A model generated the notes under the pieces. It ran no database searches. It saw only the letters and a list, made by a program, of their open reading frames with translations, and was not told where the DNA came from. 64,000 bases of DNA from Eledone cirrhosa (Eukaryota), in NCBI GenBank assembly GCA_964016885.1, contig OZ024743.1:303862001-303926000 (forward strand), in the 5' to 3' direction. Positions 27,356 through 44,286 of this stretch are shown here, piece after piece (within the stretch, counting starts at the first letter, position 1; each line of letters starts with the position of its first letter). A program made the position numbers and the translations under genes.

Positions 27356-27419
27356 TGTTTCTACTTTTGGCTCAAGGCCAGCAAATACCCAGTGCATTAC
27401 TGGTACTTTATTTTATCGA
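27356..27419 (-). mobile_element. 5'-truncated SINE copy adjacent to the previous one
   Basis: SINE 3' part only; flanked by atatcattaat on both sides. Confidence 0.8.
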
Positions 27420-27443
27420 ATATCATTAATGATAAAATATTAT

Positions 27444-27525
27444 ATACGTGTAATTTATCATAATTGCTCTACATCACTTGACAGTGGACAAGTGATGTAG
27501 AGCAATTATGATAATTTACACGTAT
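27444..27525. repeat. Near-perfect inverted repeat with 37-bp arms and 8-nt loop
   Basis: atacgtgtaatttatcataattgctctacatcacttg-acagtgga-caagtgatgtagagcaattatgataatttacacgtat. Confidence 0.9.
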
Positions 27526-28462
27526 GCATGTACAATGACAAAGTGCATAACATCCACCTCGTATGTGATCTGTTTTATCTTAATCAATACTTTCATGAAA
27601 AGCGAAAAAAAAGAAAGATAAACCAAACAAAAAATATCTGAAATATCTTTAACTGTTTATAATTGTGCAAAAATTATATTAATAAATAAACAAACAAATT
27701 TAGCAATTATATGAAATCAATATATAAAAGAGGCTGTGTGTAGATATAAATAGCTCAGGTGAAGACCCACAGATGTGGCGAAGGATAACACATATCGACA
27801 CATAGGAGCGATTGTTTGTAATATTTCGTCTTTCTCTGTGATACCGTATATGGTATACTGGGCAATACACTGTTAATAATAGTCATTAAAGTAAAATTCA
27901 TTTGATCTTCAGTGTGAATGGAAACAAAAACAAACTATGATCAGTGATATTTGAAATGCCCTGTTTATTTCTGATTTTTTCTCACGTTAACAGGCTTCGT
28001 TTTGAGATGAGTTATTTATTTCAAATACTGGTATTGCCACTGAAGCTTTCAGTCGTATTTATGGCATCTTTGATGTTGTTAGGTTTGATTAATATCGTGT
28101 TGCAGTTATTGCATGTTATAGTCGTGTACTAAAATATACACATTTGTATACATATTTATTACATATAAAGTTAATATATGTGCCAAACACACAAATGCCC
28201 ACTTACGCATATATATATATATATATACATACATGCATAAACACACACATACACAGACACACACACACACATATATATATATATTTTATATATAAACATA
28301 TATATCTATTTTATATATACACATATATATATATTTGATATATACATACATTTTTCTCTTGACAGACTGAATGAATTGGGCCCAGGAACCAACGAAACAT
28401 GAGTGCCTGTGTATGACACTGTCGTAATTGTATATATATATATATTTAAATACACGTAAATA

Positions 28463-28565
<103 letters not shown>

Positions 28566-30249
28566 GATTCGGTGTGTATATATTGAAACGTACAAAGTTC
28601 GATTCATACACTATTATAGAATATATGTTTTCCTCTCCAATTTTTCGTAATGTGAAATTTAAATAGTTTTGTTTTTGAAATTTATATTAAGAAAATCTGC
28701 AAACGAATTTATTTTATTTATTTTAATTTGAAAATGGTTAAAAAACCGCATAAAAGCAATTAGTCAAAATTGAATATATTTCTGTCTGATCTAAATATGA
28801 CTGATGATGGTATACAGCATATTTAATGACATTAATGTCCATGAAATAAAATATTAAAAACATTCTGATTCCAACAATTACAACAATATGTGCCGTATTT
28901 TTTATTTTATTTAATTTTTTTTTTTTAAACGAATAGTGATGTGAGTCAAAGATGTAGATATACACATTTCAAAAATTTACAAGGAAATATCATATTAAAA
29001 GTTCGGAAAGTCGTAACGGATGAATTACTGGGAGCGTCAAAAACATAGATTAGGTTTCTTAGAAAATATAGATAAAATACATTTATATGTATTTAAAAGT
29101 ATAACAAATTGGATCAGGCATGGAAAAATTCGTTTTTCAAACCCTATAGATTATTTCAAATTGCTGACCTAATTTTTCGGTAACATACGTCGGAAAAATC
29201 TTGGTGCCAAGACTTTGGTTAGGATCTGTTAGATAGAAGAATTCTCAGTAAAAAAAAAACAATATCGAGTTATCCCGTGTCCTCATTCCCCGAAATGTTA
29301 TTTTCGCTCACGACATCTGGAAAAGTGTATGTGTTTTAAGGAAGGAGTTCCATGGCTGATGTGTCTGAGGTAGCATGCCTTGTTGGCAGGTCTTTACGGC
29401 CATATTTCTGCCATCTTTCCCGCATGGTGGAGTGGATATGTAACATTTAGCCAAAGCTGAATAGGTTGTGGCATTTTGTCATTAAAAGTAATAACTCCAC
29501 ATGATATATAATTGTTTCTCCCTGATATTATCTGTTTAAATACAAATATGTAATGAAGGAGAGGGGTGGTGGATGAGGGAGAGAGAGTTGGAAACTGACA
29601 GATACATGAGGAAGATAGTGCATATGTGAGAAAGTATCATTTGGGCTAGAGAAATATAAAAGGGGAAAAACCAAAGAAAAGGGACCATTCTTTTTGTTCT
29701 TAAGTTAAAACCTAACATAATAGATCGATGATGAAATGTGTTGTAATTGTGAACATTCTATCTTCTATTCAGAAGCAATTTATAACGGAATACATAATCA
29801 AATATGCCCATTCTAATTCTTATTATTATAGATTTTAAAGTATATTCAATTGGTCAAATTGACCCAAGAAACCTGAGTCGTGAATTTACTGGCTCGAATG
29901 TTAATTCGGAGTAATTTTTTGCGTTTCTATAGTATCGGTTAACCTGATATAAAAAACAGAAAATTAGTCATTTAATTCTACCGAAACATGTACAATGTCT
30001 TTTCAACTTCGTAGGCTCTATTTAAAAGGAAACTGAGTGCAGTGATATATTGCTAATTCGATAACATTCGCACAGGAGCGGGATTTGTGCCAAGATATAT
30101 AAAACATATTACGCGATCAGTGAACTAACGCGTCACTTCTGAAGCTGCTTTATGATCGACATTGCATTTATAAATCGATAAAGTCTCTCCAGCTACCCCT
30201 CTGCAAAGCATCCGCCTGTATCAATCTCTTTCCTTACAGATCTTATTTT

Positions 30250-31480
30250 AAGATATCGTTCCAAATGTTATGGGACTTGGAAAACGTCTTCGGCTATTTA
30301 TCACCATTTAACATGCTTGCTTGACAGGGCTTTTTTTCAATAATACTGACAACGTCCTCTAACCACCTTAACCACATCGCTCGAATCCTTTCGATTTTCG
30401 GGTCTACAAAGACAATTTTTTCTGATATCTTCATCTCTAGTATGATCCAGCTAGAAAACTCATTTTATACACCGAAACATTCTCATATCGGTGTTTTCTA
30501 AGATATTTTCTTGTTCTGTTATCAAAGCCCATATTTCAAATCCGTAGGTCTTAAAAATGATTTTGGCAACTTTTGACAAAAATAAATCCATTCATTTCTT
30601 TCCATTTCAACAATACTGCATTTACACAATCCCTCACCGGAATTCCTTATCTTCCATTTTATTTTAACACCACTGCAAGGTATTTGAAACCTTCAGACCA
30701 TGTTAATGTGATGTTATTTCTGTAACCTATATTCATTATTTTTGTTGTTTTTTTCTACTGGTCATCACTTTTGTTTTTCTTGTGTTAGCGTGCAGTCAAT
30801 GAGATGCTAGTATTTTTTACCATTTCAAGCGCATGTGCTGCAATACAGTTCTTCCCATAATTACAAAGTCGTCCGCCAAAAGGAATTCAACTTTTGCATG
30901 CTTCGGATATCGTATCCAGAACCATAACAATCAGATTCGGGATTTATGCAGATCATGTTGCAGCACTACATATATTTTGAAATTATCTGTTTTGCCGTGT
31001 AGTGCTATGGCAACTTTCTAGACATTGCTTAGGAGGCTTTGACGAGATTGATGAAACGGCCTGTAATATTTCTTTTCCTCAGGCAACAGTATAATAGCTC
31101 TCAAGAGATACTATCATACGTTTTTTTCAAGATCGACAAAGGTGAAATACAAATCCTGAACCTAAACTTTCTTGGCATCCATTTTAAAACAAAGTTTCTA
31201 TATGTTCTACCCTTTTTTATATGGAAAACCACAGTGCATATCATTAACATTTATTAATTTTCTCAATCTTTGGTACACGCTCCATCACCTTTAGATATTC
31301 CGTGAGCTCTATTCCCCTGCATTTGACATATTCAAGAGGTTTTTCCCTTCGCCATGTAGATTGGGATTGTCTCATTTATTTTCCAGTCTATATTTTTCTT
31401 CAAAGAGTGCTTGCTTCCAAAGTCATCCAATGCTTTGCAAATGTCAATACTGATCTCTGTGCACCAGGAGGCTTTACGGG
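30250..31480 (-). pseudogene. Highly decayed LINE reverse transcriptase fragment
   Basis: Minus-strand translation gives LLADD (about 30870-30885) followed by YGFEIW (about 30530-30547), the order expected in non-LTR RTs; no long ORF. Confidence 0.5.
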
Positions 31481-31797
31481 ATTTCATTGACGTGATTACG
31501 CTACATACCAAACCATCGTATACTAGGGTTTCACGTCTGGATTCCACAACACACAGATACATACACACGCTTAAACACACTTGCATACACAAAATAGCAA
31601 CCACCTAAACTCACACGAACACACACAGAAAACATCTATAAACATACCTTGATATCGACATAAACATACATACACAGAGGTTTAAACAAGCACACAAAAG
31701 TGCTATAAAATTTCACAGACACACGTATATATATACATACGCACACTTTTATCAATAATAATCAACACACACAAACAAATCGTATATATATATATAT

Positions 31798-31931
31798 AAC
31801 GAAGGAAATGTGGTAAGGAACCGGGTGGACCATAACGCACCAAAGTACTCAATACTTAGGGTAGTAGAGTGGGTAATAGGAACAAGTAAGAACCCGACGG
31901 CTTGAGCTCAGCTGTCGGGGTCTTACTTGTT

Positions 31932-31936
<5 letters not shown>
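31798..31936 (-). mobile_element. Short PLE 3'-end insert in (TA)n with terminal fold-back; same family as 46800-48621
   Basis: Aligns with 46801-46917; hairpin at 31876-31936. Confidence 0.75.
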
Positions 31937-32007
<71 letters not shown>

Positions 32008-32025
32008 TATATATATATATACATG

Positions 32026-32067
<42 letters not shown>

Positions 32068-32113
32068 CACAGACACACACACACACGCACACGCACACAA
32101 ACAAACAAACAAA

Positions 32114-32196
<83 letters not shown>

Positions 32197-32581
32197 ACCT
32201 CACTCGTACATAGATATGTATAAATATGAGAGTTGATACGTCAAATTATTCGTGGGGCACTAGAAGCACAGTCATTTGTGTTAATTAACCTGGCTCATTG
32301 ATGTATCACAGTAGTAAATCGCAATTTAACCATGCGAATATTAGACACTTGAAATTAATAGATGTATATTGAGAATATATATCACAAAATATTTCTATCT
32401 TAATTCATATAGGATCAAATAGTCTTTAATGAGTCTAGTACAAAGATTTAGTGACCATTAATAATGCACCCAAAACACAATTTTTCATTTTAAGATGTGT
32501 TCATTGAGCACGTCTGTTCGTCTAGCTATGCGTTATTCAAAGATAATCTAATTAATCTCTTTATTCATGCATATATACATG

Positions 32582-36048
<3,467 letters not shown>

Positions 36049-36049
36049 T

Positions 36050-36460
36050 ATATAAAATAAAGTTAAATAAAAGTCAAATGATTAAAATTTAGCTTCGTTT
36101 ATTACTGGTATATATATTTTAGTGACAGCCATCTTTGGCTGTGACCTCTTCAGGCAGTTTGAATTAGTATGGTATAGACAAGTACATATGTTGTTTAGGT
36201 GTATAATATTGTCAATACTCTGATATGCCCAGTTCCTTGTTGGGTTGCTATTTCACTGAGGAACTGGAGTCACAAGATGGCTGTCACTGAAATATATATA
36301 GCAGTAATAAACGAAGCTAAATTTTACTCATTTGACTTTTATTTAACTTTATTTTACACTACTCCGGAGTAACCAAACCAACCTGCTCACTTCGTCGAGT
36401 GCTCCAGCCTGCATACTGAGGTTTTGGTATACAACCAACATAAACTCAAAATCTATAAAT
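36050..36460. mobile_element. Non-coding PLE pLTR-type insert with inverted arms and a split HHR
   Basis: 36053-36136 is the reverse complement of about 36273-36357; the two arms together reconstruct ACUGC-CUGAAGA-stem II-GAAA-UAUAUA-UA-GCAGU; TA flanks. Confidence 0.7.
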
Positions 36461-37700
36461 ATATATATATATATATATATGCATGAATAAAGCATAATTT
36501 GTACAGTGTGTATATGATAAAATATATTTGCTCTTCATTTCTGATATGAAATATTCTATTCTGGATACTGTGTTGGCAATGGAGGAATAATTAATGTCAT
36601 GCACTGAATCTACATTTGTCCTTAAATTTTTGAACGTCTGGCGCACAAATATACTTATTCATTCAGTATCATGCTTTGATTTAGTAATGTATTCATCTAT
36701 GTATAATATATGAAAGGATAAACGACGTGGAATTATTGTATTACAATTTAAAGAAGAATTTCTGAAATATTATCTCCTAACAGATCTCATCGTACTGTTA
36801 ACTCCTTCGATATTTGAAGACCTTGATCATCTGTATACCTCCTCCCTCACACACATAAACATACTAACACGCACACGCACATACACGCAGATACACATAC
36901 ATCCATGAACAAAAACCACTTGGAATTCAATATTTTGTTTATTTCATGGTAGAAGTTTATTAAACTGTTTGCAATGTCGAGCACCTTTATTAGGGTATAT
37001 TTTTCAATCAAGAGGTAGACATTGTATTAAATGGAATAAATTGAGCCAAACATTGACAGATGTGCACATGTTTCATTGAATTAATTTGCAAATATATGCG
37101 TTTGATTTAACTTTATGTTTCAGCTCTAATAAATGTGTCACAGCTAATTTAAAGTGTTTATATATGTTTGTGTGATGGCTCTACATTTTTCTGCCTTCTA
37201 ACTGAAAAGCTTAGGATAGATGTTGTAATTATTTAGTATTATACGGTTAAGTTATATTTTATGGTGAAACATATTCAACGATAATTTCCGTAATATTTAC
37301 GAGTTTTGTGCGTTGCATACAAGTGATACATTTGAAATGCAAATGTGATAATATTTATTGATATGGAATCTGAAAAATGTCTGAGCGTTAATTCGTTCGG
37401 AAGCTGGTTTTTAAATGTTACTGTCTTAACTCTGTCTTCATCTGACATGTTGCTAAATTATACTTCAAGTTGAAACAGGAGTTTTGAAATTATACTAAGT
37501 TGAAACAGGAGTTTTGAAGCCGTGACTTAATGTTTTATTATTTTTTTTCAGTCAAATATTTTCAACGAAGTTATATTAAAATATCGTTCTGTATTTGAAG
37601 CTAAATATTTTATGGATTGCTTTGTTATGGACATGCTGAATACACTCACACACAGTCGCACTCATGTGCACACACACATGTACATATATATATATATATA

Positions 37701-37992
37701 AATGGAATAGAATGAAACGAAATTTCATTTCTCACTCTTAGTACGGCACTTACTTAAATGTAAGTATGTATGTATACGTACATACATATATGTATACAGA
37801 CGTACAGTAGCATGTATATATATATATACATGCTACTGTATATATATGTGTCAGTGTTGAACAAAAATGTGACGTGGTTGCCTAAACACTGTACGGCGTA
37901 AATCAGGCTGTTCGTTTGTTTACAAACGAACAAAGCGAACATTATAATAAATGTTCGGTAAATTGATACGTGCATATATATATGTGTGCCTG

Positions 37993-38047
<55 letters not shown>

Positions 38048-38099
38048 GCTGCTGTACGTCTGTATACATATATGTATGTACGTATACATACATACTTAC

Positions 38100-38105
<6 letters not shown>
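37701..38105. mobile_element. Inverted-arm insert of the repeat family also found at 63181-63757
   Basis: 37701-37830 is the reverse complement of about 63630-63757; 37936-38105 matches 63183-63290; embedded in (TA)n. Confidence 0.7.
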
Positions 38106-38149
<44 letters not shown>

Positions 38150-38164
38150 GTGTATATACATATA

Positions 38165-38270
<106 letters not shown>

Positions 38271-38359
38271 ATTTAACTCGTCCCATGCACTGAGTGATCT
38301 ACCACTATGGATGTTACCTTGCAGTGTGTTCTAGCACTATATATATATATATAATATAT

Positions 38360-38468
<109 letters not shown>

Positions 38469-38625
38469 ATACTTTGGGAGGGTCAGGTTGCCAATAAGAA
38501 ACACACGCACCAGTAGCTTTCACTTCAATTCATTATAAATTAAAATTATAAATTTAGGAATTTAGGACTTTCCGGTTGGTTGGTTCGTTGGTTCCACAAC
38601 CAGACGATTGTTCGTATATTGTCAA

Positions 38626-40557
38626 CTTCCAGGCCTGGAACTATGACGAGCTAACGTTGTATGGGCCTCGAAAAGACCATAAAACGAGCAGTGACCCTGT
38701 CACAGGACCACCAACACTGCAAGTCTGTGGAGCTAACATTGCTAGTAATAACATACTTCCCTACTTCCTCTCCCTGATCATACGCCCCATCATTGAGATG
38801 TCCCCAGATATATGTGACAGCACGGAGGACCTCCTCAGCAGAATCAGCGAGAGTTACCGATCTAGGGACCTAACAAACTGCATTATAGGTAGTATGGATG
38901 TTGTGTCCCTATATCCATCTATTGACGTAGATTTTGCTGTGGAGAAATGCGTAGAAATCATCAGTGAGAGCAATGTTGAATTCCGTGGAATTGATACCGG
39001 TGACCTGGGACTCCTACTTAAACTTACCTATAGTAATGATTATCTAGATATATATTACCTTAGCGACCTGTGCCCTACAAGACCAGCAAGAGGCAGACCA
39101 GCTACCATTACCTCAATGGCCAAGAAAACGCACACAGATAGATGGAACGTGTGGACCAGAGCCATCTGGACCCCCGAAAACCACGATGAACTAAAGAAAA
39201 TGATTGCACATGTGGTGGGGCCAGTTTAAAATTAACCCTTAAGGAACATATGTTCAAATTTAATAGATAAACATATGCCCAAGAGGAGGGAGCAGCCATT
39301 GGTGTTAGCATTGCAGGTGGCATAGCTATCTTATTCATGGTATGGTGGGACAATAGACTTAAACTTAAACTTAAAGAACAATTAGAAGACAGCAACCCCC
39401 ATAACCCTGATAATGTACTCCCGCTATGTTGATGATATAAAGATCGTAGTAAAAACAACCCCACTAGAGAACAGTCAGGAATTAGAGAAAAACAACATGG
39501 AAAGCATCCAGCAAATAGCTAACTCCATCCACCAGAGTATTAGAGTTACTATAGACTACCCAAGCAAACACCCCAAGCATCAATTAGCTGTACTAGACAC
39601 AGAGCTCTGGTTAGATACCATTAATAACAAAAAACAAATACTCCATTCCCATTATGCCAAACCCAATACTTCCAAATATCTGATGCACCGAAACTCAGCT
39701 GTTTCGGACCATACCAAAATCAACATACTGATTGCGGATTTGGTACGGGTGATGAGAAACGTGTCCCGCATGTGCAACACCAAACAATTAGAGAGACACA
39801 TACAACACTTCATTCACCGTATGCAGTTCTCTGGTTACAATCAGAGAGATAAAATCAGAGTGTATAGAGGAGCCAGAACCAAATGAGAAAAAAAGTGGTA
39901 AATAATGATACAAATGGGACCGGCCCCTTGTATAGGAGCACATTTTGGAATAGAATAGAAAGAACTAGGAATAATGTTAATAGAATAAACTCATGGTATG
40001 ATAGCATTAAATACCAAAGTGTAATGTTCATCGATACAACCCCTATATGTGAATTAGCTTACACATTTAGAAGGACCCTAGATAAACATAAACTCAATAT
40101 TAAGATAGTAGAAAGATCAGGTACCTCCATAAAAACACTTATTAGCAATACATACCCTTTTCGAAGACCTCCCTGTATACATAAGAAATGTATAATCTGT
40201 AAACTAAGCCCCCATATTAACTGTAAAAGTAGAAATGTAGTATATAGCATAAGATGTACTGAAGGACAATCTAGAGATAAGAATATAGTGTACATAGGTG
40301 AGACAGCTCGTAGTATAGGTGAACGGATAAATGAACACTGGCGAGACCTTCAAGATAGTAAAGAATCATCTGTACTCCACCAACATGCTAAAATAGAACA
40401 TAAGGGTAAATTAGAGAACATAGAAATAAAGATAGAATCAACACACAGAACAGACGCAATGTTTAGACAAATCACAGAGGCAATAAACATAAATGAACTC
40501 CAACCAAAATTAAATAGAAAACATCAGTGGAACAGCAACATCACAACTTACAATTAA
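38626..40557 (+). pseudogene. PLE RT and GIY-YIG ORF, frameshifted
   Basis: GSMDVVSLYPSI, GAAIGVSIAG, SRYVDDI, LAVLDT, CIHKKCIIC, VVYSIRC...YIGET. Confidence 0.9.
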
Positions 40558-40756
40558 GGACAAAATGAAAACACACACGCACATAGAACAAACAACCAGC
40601 CAGTAACATGTAAATAAACAAATAAATAAACAAATATAAACACTCATAGACGCCCGGATGTAACACATGCGCAAACTAAGCACACAGAACACACACACAC
40701 AAGATGGCATAAGACAGAACAAAGGACAGGCACAAAAACAAAGAAAAGAATCATCA

Positions 40757-40799
40757 GTCACTGAAGAGGTCACATATTGTGTGACGAAAGAACTTTGAC
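40757..40799 (+). ncRNA. Minimal type I hammerhead ribozyme in the PLE pLTR
   Basis: GUCA-CUGAAGA-G GUCACA UAUUG UGUGAC-GAAA-GAAC-UU-UGAC; predicted cleavage after 40795. Confidence 0.8.
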
Positions 40800-41012
40800 A
40801 ATATATGAACAATCGTCTGGTTGTGGAACCAACGAACCAACCAACCGGAAATTTATAAATTCCTAAATTTATAAATTTTATTTATAATAAATTGAAGTGT
40901 AACAACTGGTGCGTGTGTTTCTTATTGGCAACATGACCCTCCCAAAGCATAACAATATCGGTTTCAACACACGTTTTCAGATAAATAATCTTGCTAAACA
41001 AATTCAGAAACG

Positions 41013-41136
<124 letters not shown>

Positions 41137-41334
41137 GAGGTGTGTGTGGTTGTGTAACTTGAATCCTAAAATTGAACAACAATATGAATGCTGAATGAAA
41201 CTATACATGTAGCAATATAATCTTGAAAATCCAAATACCAGAGAGGTCAAGAAAAAGGAGAAGGACCACGAGAACGAGGGGGGATATATCATAGTGGGAG
41301 AGAAAGAAGGAAAAGAAAGAGGAGGAGGAGCAGA

Positions 41335-41416
41335 AAAGAAGAAGAAGAAGAAGAAGAAGAAGAAGAAGAAGAAGAAGAAGAAGAAGAAGAAGAAGAAGAA
41401 GAAGAAGAAGAAGAAG
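41335..41416. repeat. (GAA)n microsatellite
   Basis: Direct repeat run. Confidence 0.95.
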
Positions 41417-41892
41417 ACAACCATATTGTTTGTTATATGTGCACATATTTAATTTCTTTTCCTGTTCAAAATAAATGACAATAAATAACCATCTCAAATA
41501 TTGCAAACTGTCATATCAAGATAAAACATTTTATGTACCGGTACGTGCTTATTACTGAAGTGCAGTATGTTTAAGAGAGAAAGTATCGTTGTTTTATGTT
41601 ATTACTACGGATGAGAAAGGAACAAAATAAATGCAATCGAAAGAGTGATTGCATACATCCGTTTCAATATAATTATCATTTTTAGAATCTGTCAAAACAA
41701 TCCTGGTACAATATCCACAATGCGAATGACACCATCCATATATTGTTACAGGTCTGTGTTATTAAAATGTTTTATGAACTAAAGAGCATATGATATGTAT
41801 GTATGTATGCATGTATGTTAATATGTGTATATGTATGTTTATATGTGTCTATTAATGTATATATGTATGTATGTATGTATGTTTGTGTGTGT

Positions 41893-41920
<28 letters not shown>

Positions 41921-41925
<5 letters not shown>

Positions 41926-42237
41926 GATAATTTAATATATCAGCTAACATAGGCGCACAGATGCACGTCCATGCCAGCAAATGCACAGGTTATGTCATAA
42001 TACCTAGGTGGTTCAATGCAGGAGGGTGCAGAACAATAATATAAAAGACGTAAGATAAGAAAATATTTTTTTTAAAAAATTTTTAAAAAATTTTTTTACT
42101 TACTTACTTAAATTTTCACTCCAACTAATTAGTTTCTGCAATGGGATAAAGACAGTTACGTAATCCAACTGTCGAGAATTCATTGCGTCATCAGGGAGTC
42201 TATTCTCAGCTGAGTCTCCAGGCAATGCGCGGACACT
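41921..42237 (-). repeat. 317-bp inverted copy of part of the 558-bp unit (reverse complement of 42424-42740), including an HHR at 42118-42199
   Basis: Base-by-base complementarity; coordinates of paired landmarks sum to 84661. Confidence 0.95.
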
Positions 42238-42461
42238 TTTTTGGGGTGTTAGTAGGCGTCAGTCATCTTACCATCCCATTCCTTCTAACTAGCCTCTGTG
42301 TCACGTGATTGATTCTTTAGAATCGGCCATTTGACTAGAAGCAGTGAGAATTTCAGTACATAGAATCCAGTCCTCGCAAGCTATTCTTTCTACTGAATTA
42401 TTATTATTTTTATATGAGCCGCCAGTGTCCGCGCATTGCCTGGAGACTCAGCTGAGAATAG

Positions 42462-42543
42462 ACTCCCTGATGACGCAATGAATTCTCGACAGTTGGATTA
42501 CGTAACTGTCTTTATCCCATTGCAGAAACTAATTAGTTGGAGT
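42462..42543 (+). ncRNA. Type I hammerhead ribozyme, unit 1
   Basis: ACUCC-CUGAUGA-C GCAAUG..GACAGUU/AACUGUC..CAUUGC A-GAAA-CUAAUUAG-UU-GGAGU; palindromic stem III; GUU site, cleavage after 42538. Confidence 0.85.
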
Positions 42544-43019
42544 GAAAATTTAAGTAAGTAAGTAAAAAAATTTTTTAAAAATTTTTTTAAAAAAATATTT
42601 TCTTATCTTACGTCTTTTATATTATTGTTCTGCACCCTCCTGCATTGAACCACCTAGGTATTATGACATAACCTGTGCATTTGCTGGCATGGACGTGCAT
42701 CTGTGCGCCTATGTTAGCTGATATATTAAATTATCTATATTTATCTCCAAATCACTGATTTGTCGAGCAAACCTGCCAAAACCACTTCTAAATTTTTTTT
42801 GGGGTGTTAGTAGGCGTCAGTCATCTTACCATCCCATTCCTTCTAACTAGCCTCTGTGTCACGTGATTGATTCTTTAGAATCGGCCATTTGACTAGAAGC
42901 AGTGAGAATTTCAGTACATAGAATCCAGTCCTCGCAAGCTATTCTTTCTACTGAATTATTATTATTTTTATATGAGCCGCCAGTGTCCGCGCATTGCCTG
43001 GAGACTCAGCTGAGAATAG

Positions 43020-43101
43020 ACTCCCTGATGACGCAATGAATTCTCGACAGTTGGATTACGTAACTGTCTTTATCCCATTGCAGAAACTAATTAGTTGGAG
43101 T
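43020..43101 (+). ncRNA. Type I hammerhead ribozyme, unit 2
   Basis: Same sequence as 42462-42543 (offset 558). Confidence 0.85.
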
Positions 43102-43577
43102 GAAAATTTAAGTAAGTAAGTAAAAAAATTTTTTAAAAATTTTTTTAAAAAAATATTTTCTTATCTTACGTCTTTTATATTATTGTTCTGCACCCTCCTG
43201 CATTGAACCACCTAGGTATTATGACATAACCTGTGCATTTGCTGGCATGGACGTGCATCTGTGCGCCTATGTTAGCTGATATATTAAATTATCTATATTT
43301 ATCTCCAAATCACTGATTTGTCGAGCAAACCTGCCAAAACCACTTCTAAATTTTTTTTGGGGTGTTAGTAGGCGTCAGTCATCTTACCATCCCATTCCTT
43401 CTAACTAGCCTCTGTGTCACGTGATTGATTCTTTAGAATCGGCCATTTGACTAGAAGCAGTGAGAATTTCAGTACATAGAATCCAGTCCTCGCAAGCTAT
43501 TCTTTCTACTGAATTATTATTATTTTTATATGAGCCGCCAGTGTCCGCGCATTGCCTGGAGACTCAGCTGAGAATAG

Positions 43578-43659
43578 ACTCCCTGATGACGCAATGAATT
43601 CTCGACAGTTGGATTACGTAACTGTCTTTATCCCATTGCAGAAACTAATTAGTTGGAGT
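43578..43659 (+). ncRNA. Type I hammerhead ribozyme, unit 3
   Basis: Same sequence as 42462-42543 (offset 1116). Confidence 0.85.
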
Positions 43660-44135
43660 GAAAATTTAAGTAAGTAAGTAAAAAAATTTTTTAAAAATTT
43701 TTTTAAAAAAATATTTTCTTATCTTACGTCTTTTATATTATTGTTCTGCACCCTCCTGCATTGAACCACCTAGGTATTATGACATAACCTGTGCATTTGC
43801 TGGCATGGACGTGCATCTGTGCGCCTATGTTAGCTGATATATTAAATTATCTATATTTATCTCCAAATCACTGATTTGTCGAGCAAACCTGCCAAAACCA
43901 CTTCTAAATTTTTTTTGGGGTGTTAGTAGGCGTCAGTCATCTTACCATCCCATTCCTTCTAACTAGCCTCTGTGTCACGTGATTGATTCTTTAGAATCGG
44001 CCATTTGACTAGAAGCAGTGAGAATTTCAGTACATAGAATCCAGTCCTCGCAAGCTATTCTTTCTACTGAATTATTATTATTTTTATATGAGCCGCCAGT
44101 GTCCGCGCATTGCCTGGAGACTCAGCTGAGAATAG

Positions 44136-44217
44136 ACTCCCTGATGACGCAATGAATTCTCGACAGTTGGATTACGTAACTGTCTTTATCCCATTGCAGA
44201 AACTAATTAGTTGGAGT
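44136..44217 (+). ncRNA. Type I hammerhead ribozyme, unit 4
   Basis: Same sequence as 42462-42543 (offset 1674). Confidence 0.85.
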
Positions 44218-44286
44218 GAAAATTTAAGTAAGTAAGTAAAAAAATTTTTTAAAAATTTTTTTAAAAAAATATTTTCTTATCTTACG

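Noticed and set aside
27755-27812. gtgaaga-hairpin-gaag hammerhead-like motif
   Set aside because: Both core boxes are mismatched
28361-28412. ctgaatga...gaaacatg hammerhead-like motif
   Set aside because: Extra core base, no UH site and poor stem I; at most a decayed relic
29340-29540. GC-richer island as a host exon
   Set aside because: Only short frames with no recognisable protein motif and no supportable splice pair
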